A stretch of 10,693 nt of DNA from a virus (taxonomy: Duplodnaviria > Heunggongvirae > Uroviricota > Caudoviricetes). Below the pieces are notes generated by a model. It had not been told where the DNA came from. It worked only from the letters and a program-made list of their open reading frames with translations, and made no database searches. The DNA lies in the IMG/VR virus record IMGVR_UViG_2585427787_000010. One strand, written 5' to 3'. This document shows, in pieces, positions 1 through 7,173 of the stretch. Positions within the stretch are counted from its first letter, which is position 1. Every line of letters starts with the position of its first letter. The position numbers and the translations under genes were made by a program.

Positions 1-1119
1 TCAAATAACCAACTTAACCCATTCCTGACCTCGAGTATCGTTATAGCGATCGGTGGTTGCCTGGACTTTATGCCCCAGTAATGTTTTTGTATCGACACCC
101 TGTGCCCGGTACAGCCGTTCTGACAGGGAACGTTGTTCATGAAATGTTGGTGGTGTTTTTCCTGCTGGTGGAATTATTCCAGCCAGGTCCCGTGCTTTGG
201 CAAAGTAATCGCTCAGGTTGTCTTTACTCATCGGCTTCGGTTGTTTCTGGTGCCGACTATGGATTAGATATGGACTTAATATTCTGTCTCGGCACCCATC
301 AATAACTTCTTTTAACGTTATCCCAATGGCATCACAGCGTAGTGTAAGCGGTAACGCCAGACGCATTCCGGTTTTTCCCTGGGTGATATGCAGGTGTTCG
401 TTCCACACATCTGAAAAACGCATGTGGCAAATGTCATCACGGCGCTGACCAGTAACAATCGCAAGAAGCATTGCGTTACGGATAAAGTGTTTTTCAGGCG
501 TTGCGTTGTAAATTTTTTGCCAGTCTTCCAGGGTGAGCCTGGCTCTGGTTACTTTAGGGATCGGTTTACGGGTAGCCTCCGGAGGATTCCATCCAGGAGG
601 AACTTCCCCTGCATGCTGTGCTTCTTTATAAATATCAACCCATAATCCACGATTTACTCTCGCTGTGCTGACCATGTCTTTATCCAGCCACTCATCCAGT
701 ATTAATGCAAAGTCTCTTACTTCCAGTTCTTTCAATGGGTGGTTTCCCAGACGGGAAACCAGGTATGCAGCCATTCGGGCTTTTTCTTTGTGAGTTGTAG
801 TTGCAATATCCCCATTTTTCAGTCGCGTGTCCTGTATTTTCAGATATCGATCAACCCATGCCTTTAATCTGATACCCCGACGTTTTGTTGCTGACGGACT
901 TTCATCAATTTTGCGCATGAAATATTCAGCTTCTGCTGCAGCTATTCGCTGATTGGCTGTGGAAGCGATTTTTTCTGCTTTGCCTTTGTCTGTTCCGAGA
1001 CCGTGAAATTTTCCAGTCACAGGGTTTTTATACTGGTAGTAAACCCTGCCAGTTCTGCGATCAAACTTTTCGTAAAGACCGGTTACGTCAGTGCTGTTTT
1101 TTCGTGGCCTCGGTGACAT
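1..1119 (-). CDS. int: Phage integrase, lambda-type tyrosine recombinase (372 aa)
   Basis: Complete ORF (ATG at 1119, stop at 1-3). C-terminus ...LLGHKVQATTDRYNDTRGQEWVKLVI resembles the lambda Int C-terminus carrying the tyrosine nucleophile. The 5' end is overlapped by an excisionase-like gene, the classic xis-int arrangement. AAGGAG lies about 10 nt upstream of the ATG. Confidence 0.9.
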   Translation of the reverse strand: MSPRPRKNSTDVTGLYEKFDRRTGRVYYQYKNPVTGKFHGLGTDKGKAEKIASTANQRIAAAEAEYFMRKIDESPSATKRRGIRLKAWVDRYLKIQDTRLKNGDIATTTHKEKARMAAYLVSRLGNHPLKELEVRDFALILDEWLDKDMVSTARVNRGLWVDIYKEAQHAGEVPPGWNPPEATRKPIPKVTRARLTLEDWQKIYNATPEKHFIRNAMLLAIVTGQRRDDICHMRFSDVWNEHLHITQGKTGMRLALPLTLRCDAIGITLKEVIDGCRDRILSPYLIHSRHQKQPKPMSKDNLSDYFAKARDLAGIIPPAGKTPPTFHEQRSLSERLYRAQGVDTKTLLGHKVQATTDRYNDTRGQEWVKLVI

Positions 1120-1357
1120 GAGTTAAAATCTCCTTCAGTGCATCATCATCGCCAGTATGAATTTCCGGCGCAATTCCCGTTTCACCAGGTCCAACAAATA
1201 CTGCCCGGCGATCTATCAGCCAACGCCCACGAATTTTTTGTGGTCTTGGAACGATGTATCCTAGTTTTCCGTATTTCACCAGGGTAGTGTTTGTTATTGG
1301 GAGACTGAACCGTTTTGGTTTCCACTCATCGAGCGTTATCAGGTACTGTTCGCTCAT
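1088..1357 (-). CDS. xis: Excisionase, lambda Xis-like (89 aa from ATG 1357; the ORF extends to a GTG at 1366)
   Basis: N-terminus MSEQYLITLDEWKPKRF... parallels lambda Xis MYLTLQEW...; small basic protein; 32-nt overlap with the integrase start; GGAG 8 nt upstream of the ATG at 1357. Confidence 0.7.
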   Translation of the reverse strand: MSEQYLITLDEWKPKRFSLPITNTTLVKYGKLGYIVPRPQKIRGRWLIDRRAVFVGPGETGIAPEIHTGDDDALKEILTHVTEATKKQH

Positions 1358-1418
1358 GGCTATCACTCCGGAACGCGCCAGTTGCAGAATACCAACGACA
1401 ACTGGCGACGGTTGAACA

Positions 1419-3890
1419 TTAAAAATCAGCCTGATTCGGAATCAGTTTTTGCCAGATAGCTGAAACGTATTTTGCCTGGTAACGGGCGTCATCAAGTGCA
1501 TTATGGCGCTCACCTTCGAATGGAATAGCCGTTCTGGCATCGAAGTCTATGGCTTTCCCCAGCTCAACGATTGTGCGTACATCGCGATCGTTGTAGTAAC
1601 GCCACGGGCAGGGGATCCCCTGCCGTTCGTATGAACGGCGCAAAATCGTGTTGTCGAAGTTGGCTCCATTTCCCCAGACCTGAACAAAAAATTCACCGGA
1701 GTTTTCGTCGATAAATTCCCGCAATTGTAACAGTGCATCATCTAACGGGATTTCATCGGTCATAATGGCAGATTGCGCTTCGCGTGATTGCTTAAGCCAC
1801 CATTTAATGGTGTCCCGATCAATGACTCCGCCAGCAGTTTCCAGATCGATAGTCTTACTAAATTCCGGTCCCATATCTCCGGTTTGCGGATCGAAAAATA
1901 TTGCACCTATTGAGATAATCGGGGCATCAGGATTTTTTCCCATGGTTTCAAGGTCGATCATTAGATGGTCACACGTCCTACTGGCGGATGTGATTTCGTG
2001 ATGACCGTTCACCTTAATTGAGTGATCTGCCGTCTCGCCAGTTTCATTATCGCTATTGTGATGCTGATTGCCGCCAGTGTTCTTCTTGTTTGGATGTTCA
2101 GCGCCTTCCATTTCCTCCGGATCATCTTCCTGAACTTCAACCTGATACTCTTCATCGAATGTTTCCTGGTATGTTGCGTCGCCCATCACCGCGCCACAAT
2201 CAGGGCAGTTGCCGCCGCCGGTCTGACCGCAGGCGGTGCAGATCTTTTCCGGTTCCTGTTGCACTACTGGTTCAGGTTGTTTCGTTTCTGGCTCGTTTTG
2301 TTGCGTATTTGGGCTGTTTTGTTCCGCTTTCTGGTCGTTCTGTTCCGATTCTTGCTGGTTCTGGTTTACAGAATCGCGGGTTTCAATCCCCTTTACCCAT
2401 TTCGGATCATTCGGGTCGCTAATCCCTGCAACAAATTCTCCGCGAGAGGCAGCAAGCAACTTATCGGCGTCAGGCTGGCTGATATTGGCTGCCTGCATAA
2501 TTTTGTTTACTTCGTCAGCGGTAACTTTTACCGGCTCTGGTTGTGCGGTCGTGTCAGATGCACCAGTATTTTGTTGTGAACCTGAGTACGTGCCGTTTTT
2601 ACGTGCGAAGTATTCCTCTTTTGTGATTTCCGTAGCTCCCAAGGCTAGTGCTTTTTCCAGACCAGAAAGTTTGTTTGCGCGACCGTATTTTTCGCCATCC
2701 TTGTCGGTGAAGAGGAAGTAGAACGGCCCTTCACGCTCTACAGATGGTTCGACTTCCACTTTGCATTCGGTTTTTTCGTTGTCCGGAATTGCCGTTTCCA
2801 CTGCATCAGTTTCTGGTACTGGCGACGAGAGAGTATCAGTTGCGCTCTGATTTGTTCCTTCATCTTCAAACACGCCCTTTGTAGTCAGGTATTCAGTAAT
2901 GTATTTGTTCAGTGCCACAGGGTCTTTGTGAATGTCGATCGGACGTTCACGGACAAGGCCAAAAATAGTCTGGCGGTCGTAGCGAAGGGCATCAGGCTGT
3001 TTGCGCATTGATGCCGAGATACGCTTCCAGTCTTCGCGGTCGTTGTCGATAACTTCATTTTTTGCCCAGCGATGAATGCTGCCGTCAATGTTTCCGGCAT
3101 CCACATCACCAGGCCAGAGAGCGTAGGCCAGTTCGTCATCCAGTGTTTTCCATGTCTGCTTGTATTCGCGATGAGTGGCAGCAATGACCGGGCTGATTTT
3201 TCCTGTTGAACTTTCAGTGTTCTGTTGATTGGCTCTGGCGCGGGCGAGATCAACAACAGACGTGTATTTTCCGGTTCCCTTGCGTTCACCTTCGCGACGT
3301 TTTTTCCAGATGCGCATCTCTGCCTGAATTTCGGGCCATTTAGCTCCAGGCTTACATTTATGCTTAACCCACCCGATGGCATGCAACTTAAGTTCCGGAT
3401 ACATGGCGTTAACTTCTGGCATTTTCATCAACGCTTCAACGATATATCCGTCGAATGTTGCCATGTCTTCCTGCAACAGTTCCTGTGCACTAATCACCAT
3501 ATCAACGGTGATGTTTTCACATGTGTCGAACTTAACCATGACAGCGTTCTGTACTTCAGGGGCCAGCTTGTCAAAAGTGACGTTCATCGGATTTGATTCA
3601 GTCTCAACCGGGACAAAGGAAGCTGACTCCTCATCCCAGCGGTTTTCCCGCATATATTCAGCATCCCAGGAATCGAGGGCAGGGCGGGGTATACCGGGTT
3701 TATCCTCGCAGACAAGAAATTTATAAGCGCAGTCCTGAGCAGCCGGATATTGCTCCAGGAATTGCCAGGTAAATTTGGCACGGGCGCGGCGTTCGTCACC
3801 GGCTTCAATGGCAGTGGCTACAGCAACTGCACCTTCTTCCTTTATTGCCTGTTCGTCCGGAATGGCGGCGCAAATAAAGACTTTACTCAT
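1419..3890 (-). CDS. Large prophage exonuclease (823 aa): RecE (exonuclease VIII)-like N-terminal/central region, Q/E/P-rich linker with a Cys4 cluster, and C-terminal DnaQ-like DEDDh 3'-5' exonuclease domain
   Basis: Long uninterrupted ORF with ATG at 3890. C-terminal ~190 aa carry DEDDh motifs: Exo I MIDLETMG, Exo II GNGANFDNTIL, Exo III HNALDDARYQAKY. Central CTACGQTGGGNCPDCG has CxxC...CxxC spacing. Position beside xis/int matches a lambdoid recombination module. The RecE-like assignment of the N-terminal part is from memory and tentative. Confidence 0.8.
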   Translation of the reverse strand: MSKVFICAAIPDEQAIKEEGAVAVATAIEAGDERRARAKFTWQFLEQYPAAQDCAYKFLVCEDKPGIPRPALDSWDAEYMRENRWDEESASFVPVETESNPMNVTFDKLAPEVQNAVMVKFDTCENITVDMVISAQELLQEDMATFDGYIVEALMKMPEVNAMYPELKLHAIGWVKHKCKPGAKWPEIQAEMRIWKKRREGERKGTGKYTSVVDLARARANQQNTESSTGKISPVIAATHREYKQTWKTLDDELAYALWPGDVDAGNIDGSIHRWAKNEVIDNDREDWKRISASMRKQPDALRYDRQTIFGLVRERPIDIHKDPVALNKYITEYLTTKGVFEDEGTNQSATDTLSSPVPETDAVETAIPDNEKTECKVEVEPSVEREGPFYFLFTDKDGEKYGRANKLSGLEKALALGATEITKEEYFARKNGTYSGSQQNTGASDTTAQPEPVKVTADEVNKIMQAANISQPDADKLLAASRGEFVAGISDPNDPKWVKGIETRDSVNQNQQESEQNDQKAEQNSPNTQQNEPETKQPEPVVQQEPEKICTACGQTGGGNCPDCGAVMGDATYQETFDEEYQVEVQEDDPEEMEGAEHPNKKNTGGNQHHNSDNETGETADHSIKVNGHHEITSASRTCDHLMIDLETMGKNPDAPIISIGAIFFDPQTGDMGPEFSKTIDLETAGGVIDRDTIKWWLKQSREAQSAIMTDEIPLDDALLQLREFIDENSGEFFVQVWGNGANFDNTILRRSYERQGIPCPWRYYNDRDVRTIVELGKAIDFDARTAIPFEGERHNALDDARYQAKYVSAIWQKLIPNQADF

Positions 3891-4013
3891 TTTGTTTTAA
3901 CCTCATGACAGATTTAAGGATGAACAAATCCCTGCCATTGCTGGCATATAAGAATCAAATCTGATGTATTCATTAAGCTGAATGTCGTATTGTGGCAGTT
4001 ATTTTATTACTGC

Positions 4014-4235
4014 TCACCATGACTCTGCTTTTACAGGTAAACCATCACGACCAAGGAAGACTTTAATCATGGTTTCCTTAATACAGTGTTGTGTGGAAAA
4101 ATCACGAATATAGAGCCGTTGTTTTTTAATGTTGTTTACCGAAGCAATATATGTTCTTCCTTTATGAATAACATAATCACCGGGAGTCACGCACTGACGA
4201 GGAATCTCATCAGTTCCGAAGTGATGAGCAATCAT
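4014..4235 (-). CDS. Small protein (73 aa) at the dicB/kilR position downstream of DicF; possible KilR-type cell-division inhibitor (tentative)
   Basis: ORF begins MEIIM...; the second ATG (4235) has a good SD (GGAG, 6-nt spacer) and gives 73 aa, the size of Rac KilR. It lies immediately downstream of the DicF-like sRNA, where Qin has dicB and Rac has kilR. The sequence does not match my recollection of DicB. Function is inferred from position and size only. Confidence 0.5.
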   Translation of the reverse strand: MIAHHFGTDEIPRQCVTPGDYVIHKGRTYIASVNNIKKQRLYIRDFSTQHCIKETMIKVFLGRDGLPVKAESW

Positions 4236-4409
4236 AATTATCTCCATTTTTACAAATGAACTTTGTTGATGCGGTGCCTGGTGCCTCCAGGTGACGTTAA
4301 CCAGTTAACAATTAACGCCGGATACAGAGAACCCACCCATAACACTGTTTTTGGTTTTAACTGTTCCGCGTGCGCTCAGCCGCATTCACCGCATCACAAA
4401 ACTCACTTT

Positions 4410-4467
4410 AAAAAGGGCGGCAGACCAGTCACGGAGTAAAACTGATACCGCCAAACGTCACCAGAAA
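4410..4467 (-). ncRNA. dicF: DicF-like small regulatory RNA (prophage sRNA that targets ftsZ mRNA in E. coli)
   Basis: Minus-strand sequence UUUUCUGGUGACGUUUGGCGGUAUCAGUUUUACUCCGUGACUGGUCUGCCGCCCUUUUU matches E. coli DicF as I recall it, with about one difference. It ends in a GC-rich hairpin (GGCGG...CCGCC) followed by U5, an intrinsic terminator. It sits in an ORF-free region of the leftward operon. Confidence 0.75.
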
Positions 4468-4801
4468 ATTGATAACAGAGGGCGTTGCAGCGGGGTTGTC
4501 ACTTAAGCGTATGGTCAACCTGACAACCCGGTGTCCTCAAGGGGGAAGAAATACCCCCGCCATACTTACCGCCGCGCCATTTCGCGGAGTGCCACAACCG
4601 GAAGCGCACGGTCGACGAAAATTTAACGACAGGCTATCTATGAACCAGCTACCTCGCCGTGCGCTTTCGCGTTATGGTCTGACTTTTCAGGGAAATATCC
4701 TTTCAGTAAACTGTCAGTGCCGGATGCTCACCCGTGTCCGGCGCACGCACTCCACCTCACCCGTGGAGAACTCCTTAATCACCAACCCTCAGGAGGGTGA
4801 A

Positions 4802-5077
4802 ATGTCGACTGAAAATGATGAAATCATTAACTCCCTGATACGCCAGATTAATAATTTTGATAAAGCATTGCAGCATGCTGCGGCGCGTAGTGATATAACT
4901 CTTTTAGCAATTTCATTTCTTGCATCTGTAATGGATAAAAATGAAGTCGTACGACAGAGTCTTGTTGATTATATCGACTCGCTTCAACCAGGCACTTTCA
5001 ATCATGAGAGCTTCAATCATGAGAAAGAGCATGTTAAATCTGTAATTAATTCTCTTGTTTTGAATCAAAAGAATTAA
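4802..5077 (+). CDS. Hypothetical small protein (91 aa), antisense-oriented moron inside the leftward early operon
   Basis: Strong SD AGGAGGGTGAA immediately before the ATG at 4802; AT-rich coding sequence; predicted intrinsic terminator about 25 nt after the stop. The upstream in-frame extension (4469-4801) is GC-rich and Arg/Pro-rich and looks non-coding. The protein is helical with an FNHESFNHE repeat and no recognisable family. Confidence 0.6.
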   Translation: MSTENDEIINSLIRQINNFDKALQHAAARSDITLLAISFLASVMDKNEVVRQSLVDYIDSLQPGTFNHESFNHEKEHVKSVINSLVLNQKN

Positions 5078-5375
5078 TGCTTTTTGTTGCAAGGTGATTT
5101 TCAAGGGGTTCTATTCGAATCCCTTTCTTTTTCATTAACAAGCCAAACCCCTTATCAATGATGTCCATTAGATCCAGGAAGTATTTTTCATGTAAATCCA
5201 GGTTATCAGAGAGCTGCTTCTCTTCGTACAGACCGATAAAGGCACGACGCACGTTACCGGATATAGTATCGATGGTTTCTTTTTCTACGGTACTCAGGTC
5301 AAGAGTCGCCAGTTGGGAACGAACTATATTCGCTGCCATTTCCTGGAATTGCATTGGTAAATCTTTAAATTCCAT
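5046..5375 (-). CDS. Hypothetical acidic helical protein (109 aa); 3' end overlaps the convergent 4802-5077 gene by 32 bp
   Basis: ATG at 5375 with GAGG about 7 nt upstream; AT-rich composition matching the neighbouring plus-strand gene; occupies the position of the small ydfB/ydfC or ydaG-type early genes. The ORF runs through the plus-strand terminator hairpin, so the true 3' end is uncertain. Confidence 0.5.
   Translation of the reverse strand: MEFKDLPMQFQEMAANIVRSQLATLDLSTVEKETIDTISGNVRRAFIGLYEEKQLSDNLDLHEKYFLDLMDIIDKGFGLLMKKKGIRIEPLENHLATKSINSFDSKQEN
5103..5132 (+). terminator. Putative Rho-independent terminator for the 4802-5077 gene
   Basis: Imperfect stem (AAGGGGTTC / GAA(T)CCCTT) with a 5-nt loop, followed by CTTTTT on the plus strand. 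Confidence 0.45.
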
Positions 5376-5397
5376 TATTAGCCTCGTTGGTTAGCTA

Positions 5398-5616
5398 TTA
5401 ACGCGGGCATGTAATCATTCTGGCAATGCTTAATGCCGCTGCTTTTTCCAGCCTGGTGATATCCTGCTCCAGAGCGGACAGATTTTCAGCCTGCTTAGCC
5501 TTGGCTTCATTGGCCCATTTCAGATCCTGCGCTGCATTAATTTTCTGGCGCATCCACTCATAAAGTTCATCATCGGTATAGTCTGGCGCGATGATGACGG
5601 GTTCTCGTTTCTGCAT
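5398..5616 (-). CDS. Small early-operon protein (72 aa), YdfA/YdaF-like (DUF1391-type), first gene after the PL-like promoter
   Basis: ATG at 5616 preceded by GAGGAA; motif ...YEWMRQKINAAQDLKWANEAKAKQAENLSALEQDI... resembles the small Rac/Qin early proteins as I recall them. Position is directly downstream of the repressor, as for ydfA in Qin. Confidence 0.6.
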   Translation of the reverse strand: MQKREPVIIAPDYTDDELYEWMRQKINAAQDLKWANEAKAKQAENLSALEQDITRLEKAAALSIARMITCPR

Positions 5617-5812
5617 ACTGATTCCTCGCGGTGCTGTTTCCCCTTAACGCCGGGGTAGCGGAACAAAAACCTGCTGCATAGTTATTAAAGTTGAACCCTG
5701 CCGTCATGTTCTTACGCCTCGGGCTGGCTACTTAACCCCTGACCACTGCCTGGTAACTCGAAGTATTGCCCTGCATTCTGTGGGGCGGGGTGGGTTGGTA
5801 TGAAAAGAAGGA

Positions 5813-5849
5813 TACCCATAGGTATTTAAAAAGTAAATACCTATGGGTA
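5813..5849. promoter_or_regulatory. Perfect 16-bp inverted repeat with 5-bp spacer, containing two TACC-N4-GGTA dyads; candidate OL-type operator and/or terminator of the repressor transcript
   Basis: tacccataggtattta-aaaag-taaatacctatgggta is directly readable. It lies between the repressor stop (5892) and the leftward early genes, with T-rich flanks on both strands. The same TACC-N4-GGTA motif recurs in the repressor/cro divergent region. Confidence 0.55.
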
Positions 5850-5891
5850 AATTTTTGCGGTGTCTTAACTGGTGACTAGTTGTTTGGTGAG

Positions 5892-6311
5892 CTATGATGC
5901 GTTTTGTGCTTTCTTTTTACGGATTTCTTCGTAGATCATATTGTAATACTGTTTTTTCTCTTCAAGAGTTTTTAATAATTTATCCGCTTCACTTTCTGGC
6001 AGTTCGTCTAAGAGATCTAAAAAAATACGTTGTCGTGGCGTTAGAACCCTTGTTTCATAACTGGAGGCTGTGTTCGTTGATGATGAAACGATACCATCCA
6101 TCCATCCCCGGGGTAACCCAAAGGACTCTTCGATAATCTCCACCATATCATCAGCGATCCGTTTTTTTCCCTTTTTCCCCTCTGGGTACAACATTCTTGA
6201 TACATAAGAAGGCTCGCGCCCGATCTTTCTGGCCACGTTAACCGCTTTACCATCGCATTTCTCATCACGAATTTTGATGAGTTGCTGTCGTCTAAATTCA
6301 TATTTGTCCAT
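5892..6311 (-). CDS. Prophage immunity repressor, DicA/RacR-like HTH protein (139 aa), without a peptidase S24 domain
   Basis: HTH-like segment NVARKIGREPSYVSRML; C-terminal LTPRQRIFLDLLDELPESEADKLLKTL resembles the DicA C-terminus (..LELLELFNALPESEQD..) as recalled; divergent from a Cro-like gene. No Ala-Gly / Ser...Lys LexA-type cleavage motifs are apparent. Confidence 0.8.
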   Translation of the reverse strand: MDKYEFRRQQLIKIRDEKCDGKAVNVARKIGREPSYVSRMLYPEGKKGKKRIADDMVEIIEESFGLPRGWMDGIVSSSTNTASSYETRVLTPRQRIFLDLLDELPESEADKLLKTLEEKKQYYNMIYEEIRKKKAQNAS

Positions 6312-6411
6312 AGGTAAATAATAGATGCGATTACCGCAAGGTAAACAACCTGTGGGTATTGACTTTTGTTTACCTGTGGGTATTCTTTGCTGTGTTTACT
6401 AAGGAGTAGCT
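6312..6411. promoter_or_regulatory. Divergent promoter/operator region between the repressor and the cro-like gene
   Basis: Direct repeats acctgtgggtatt at 6348-6360 and 6372-6384, each a TACC-N4-GGTA-type dyad. Inverted repeat aggtaaacaa (6339-6348) / ttgtttacct (6366-6375). Candidate sigma70 elements TTGACT (6359-6364) and TATTCT (6381-6386) overlap the repeats. AAGGAG SD at 6401-6406 precedes the ATG at 6412. Confidence 0.6.
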
Positions 6412-6693
6412 ATGGAAGAATTAAGAATATTTCTCAATTCTCTTTCGTCAGATGAACAGCGTATGTTTGCATGCGAGTGTGGTACCAGCATCGGTTATCT
6501 AAGAAAGGCATTGAGTAAAGGTCAAGTGTTAGGGGCATCGTTATGTGTCCTTATTGAGCGAGCCAGTAATGGTGAAGTTACACGTCAGCAACTAAGGCCT
6601 TTTGATTGGATGAATATTTGGCCCGAGCTGGAAGATACCAAAACGTTAACACAACCACTTTCTAGGAGCTTGATTCATGAAAATCAAGCATGA
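6412..6693 (+). CDS. Cro-like HTH regulator of the DicC/YdaS family (93 aa)
   Basis: Divergent from the repressor; motif ...ASLCVLIERASNGEVTRQQLRPFDW parallels YdaS ..ERCPAIERATRGEVLCEELRPD.. as recalled; good SD. Confidence 0.75.
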   Translation: MEELRIFLNSLSSDEQRMFACECGTSIGYLRKALSKGQVLGASLCVLIERASNGEVTRQQLRPFDWMNIWPELEDTKTLTQPLSRSLIHENQA

Positions 6694-7102
6694 ACACATC
6701 CGCATGGCGATGAATGTCTGGGCGCATCCGGACGGCGAAAAAGTGCCGGCTGCGAAAATTACCAAAGCGTATTTCGAGCTGGGAATGACGTTCCCGGAAC
6801 TGTATGACGACAGCCATCCGGAAGCCCTGGCTCGCAATACTCAGAAAATTTTCCGCTGGGTGGAGAAAGACACCCCTGATGCGGTTAAAAAAATTCAGGC
6901 GTTGTTACCAGCTATCGAAAAAGCAATGCCACCTCTGCTGGTGGCCCGAATGCGCAGTCATAGCTCAGCCTATTTTCGGGAACTAGTGGAGACGCGGGAA
7001 CGACTGGTGAGAGACGCTGATGATTTTGTCGCAGTGGCGATCGCTGGTTTCAACCAGATGAATCGTGGTGGCCCTGCAGGAAATATTGTGGCTGTGCATT
7101 GA
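6677..7102 (+). CDS. YdaT-like protein (141 aa), CII-analog regulator historically annotated as a toxin
   Basis: Begins MKIKHEHI... and ends ...VAVH, with a size typical of Rac YdaT; overlaps the upstream YdaS-like gene by 17 nt, indicating coupling. Confidence 0.7.
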   Translation: MKIKHEHIRMAMNVWAHPDGEKVPAAKITKAYFELGMTFPELYDDSHPEALARNTQKIFRWVEKDTPDAVKKIQALLPAIEKAMPPLLVARMRSHSSAYFRELVETRERLVRDADDFVAVAIAGFNQMNRGGPAGNIVAVH

Positions 7103-7173
7103 CTCGCAATATTCATACCGGATCACTTCCGGCAATTTGTGAGTAAAAAGATTCGGTATCAAAAGAGGTGAGT

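Noticed and set aside
57-645. Three plus-strand ORFs (57-305, 218-448, 424-645)
   Set aside because: They lie entirely antisense within the well-supported integrase gene, have no convincing RBS and give low-complexity or odd translations; likely shadow ORFs.
1547-3808. Multiple ORFs on both strands (e.g. 2018-2422, 2022-2579, 2236-2721, 2909-3382, 3225-3596, 3376-3726, 3584-3808)
   Set aside because: All are embedded in, or antisense to, the 823-aa exonuclease ORF; their translations are Cys/Phe/Leu-rich nonsense typical of alternative frames.
3891-4013. 16-codon minus-strand mini-ORF ([15 protein letters not shown]) between the 73-aa gene and the exonuclease
   Set aside because: Too short, with no SD; this is the position where Rac carries racC/ydaE, but nothing supports a gene here.
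4469-4801. In-frame N-terminal extension of the 4802-5077 ORF (202-aa version)
   Set aside because: The extension is GC-rich and Arg/Pro-rich, unlike the AT-rich body; a strong SD precedes the internal ATG at 4802; the extension begins right at the DicF-like element. It is more likely untranslated leader.
4913-5394. ORFs 4913-5104 (minus) and 5158-5394 (plus)
   Set aside because: Both lie inside or antisense to better-supported genes (the 91-aa and 109-aa ORFs) and lack an SD.
5780-5798. G-run cluster tggggcggggtgggttgg (possible G-quadruplex)
   Set aside because: Only three clear G-tracts of three or more; the last is GG. It is probably a GC-rich promoter-proximal sequence without special structure.
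5894-6301. ORFs 5894-6136 (plus) and 6041-6301 (minus)
   Set aside because: They overlap the repressor gene in alternative frames or antisense; the repressor frame has the HTH and the conserved C-terminal motif.
6412-7102. YdaS/YdaT pair as a toxin-antitoxin system
   Set aside because: The pair sits exactly where cro and cII sit in lambdoid immunity regions, divergent from the repressor; the Cro/CII-like regulator reading fits better than a TA module, so it is not reported as a defence system.
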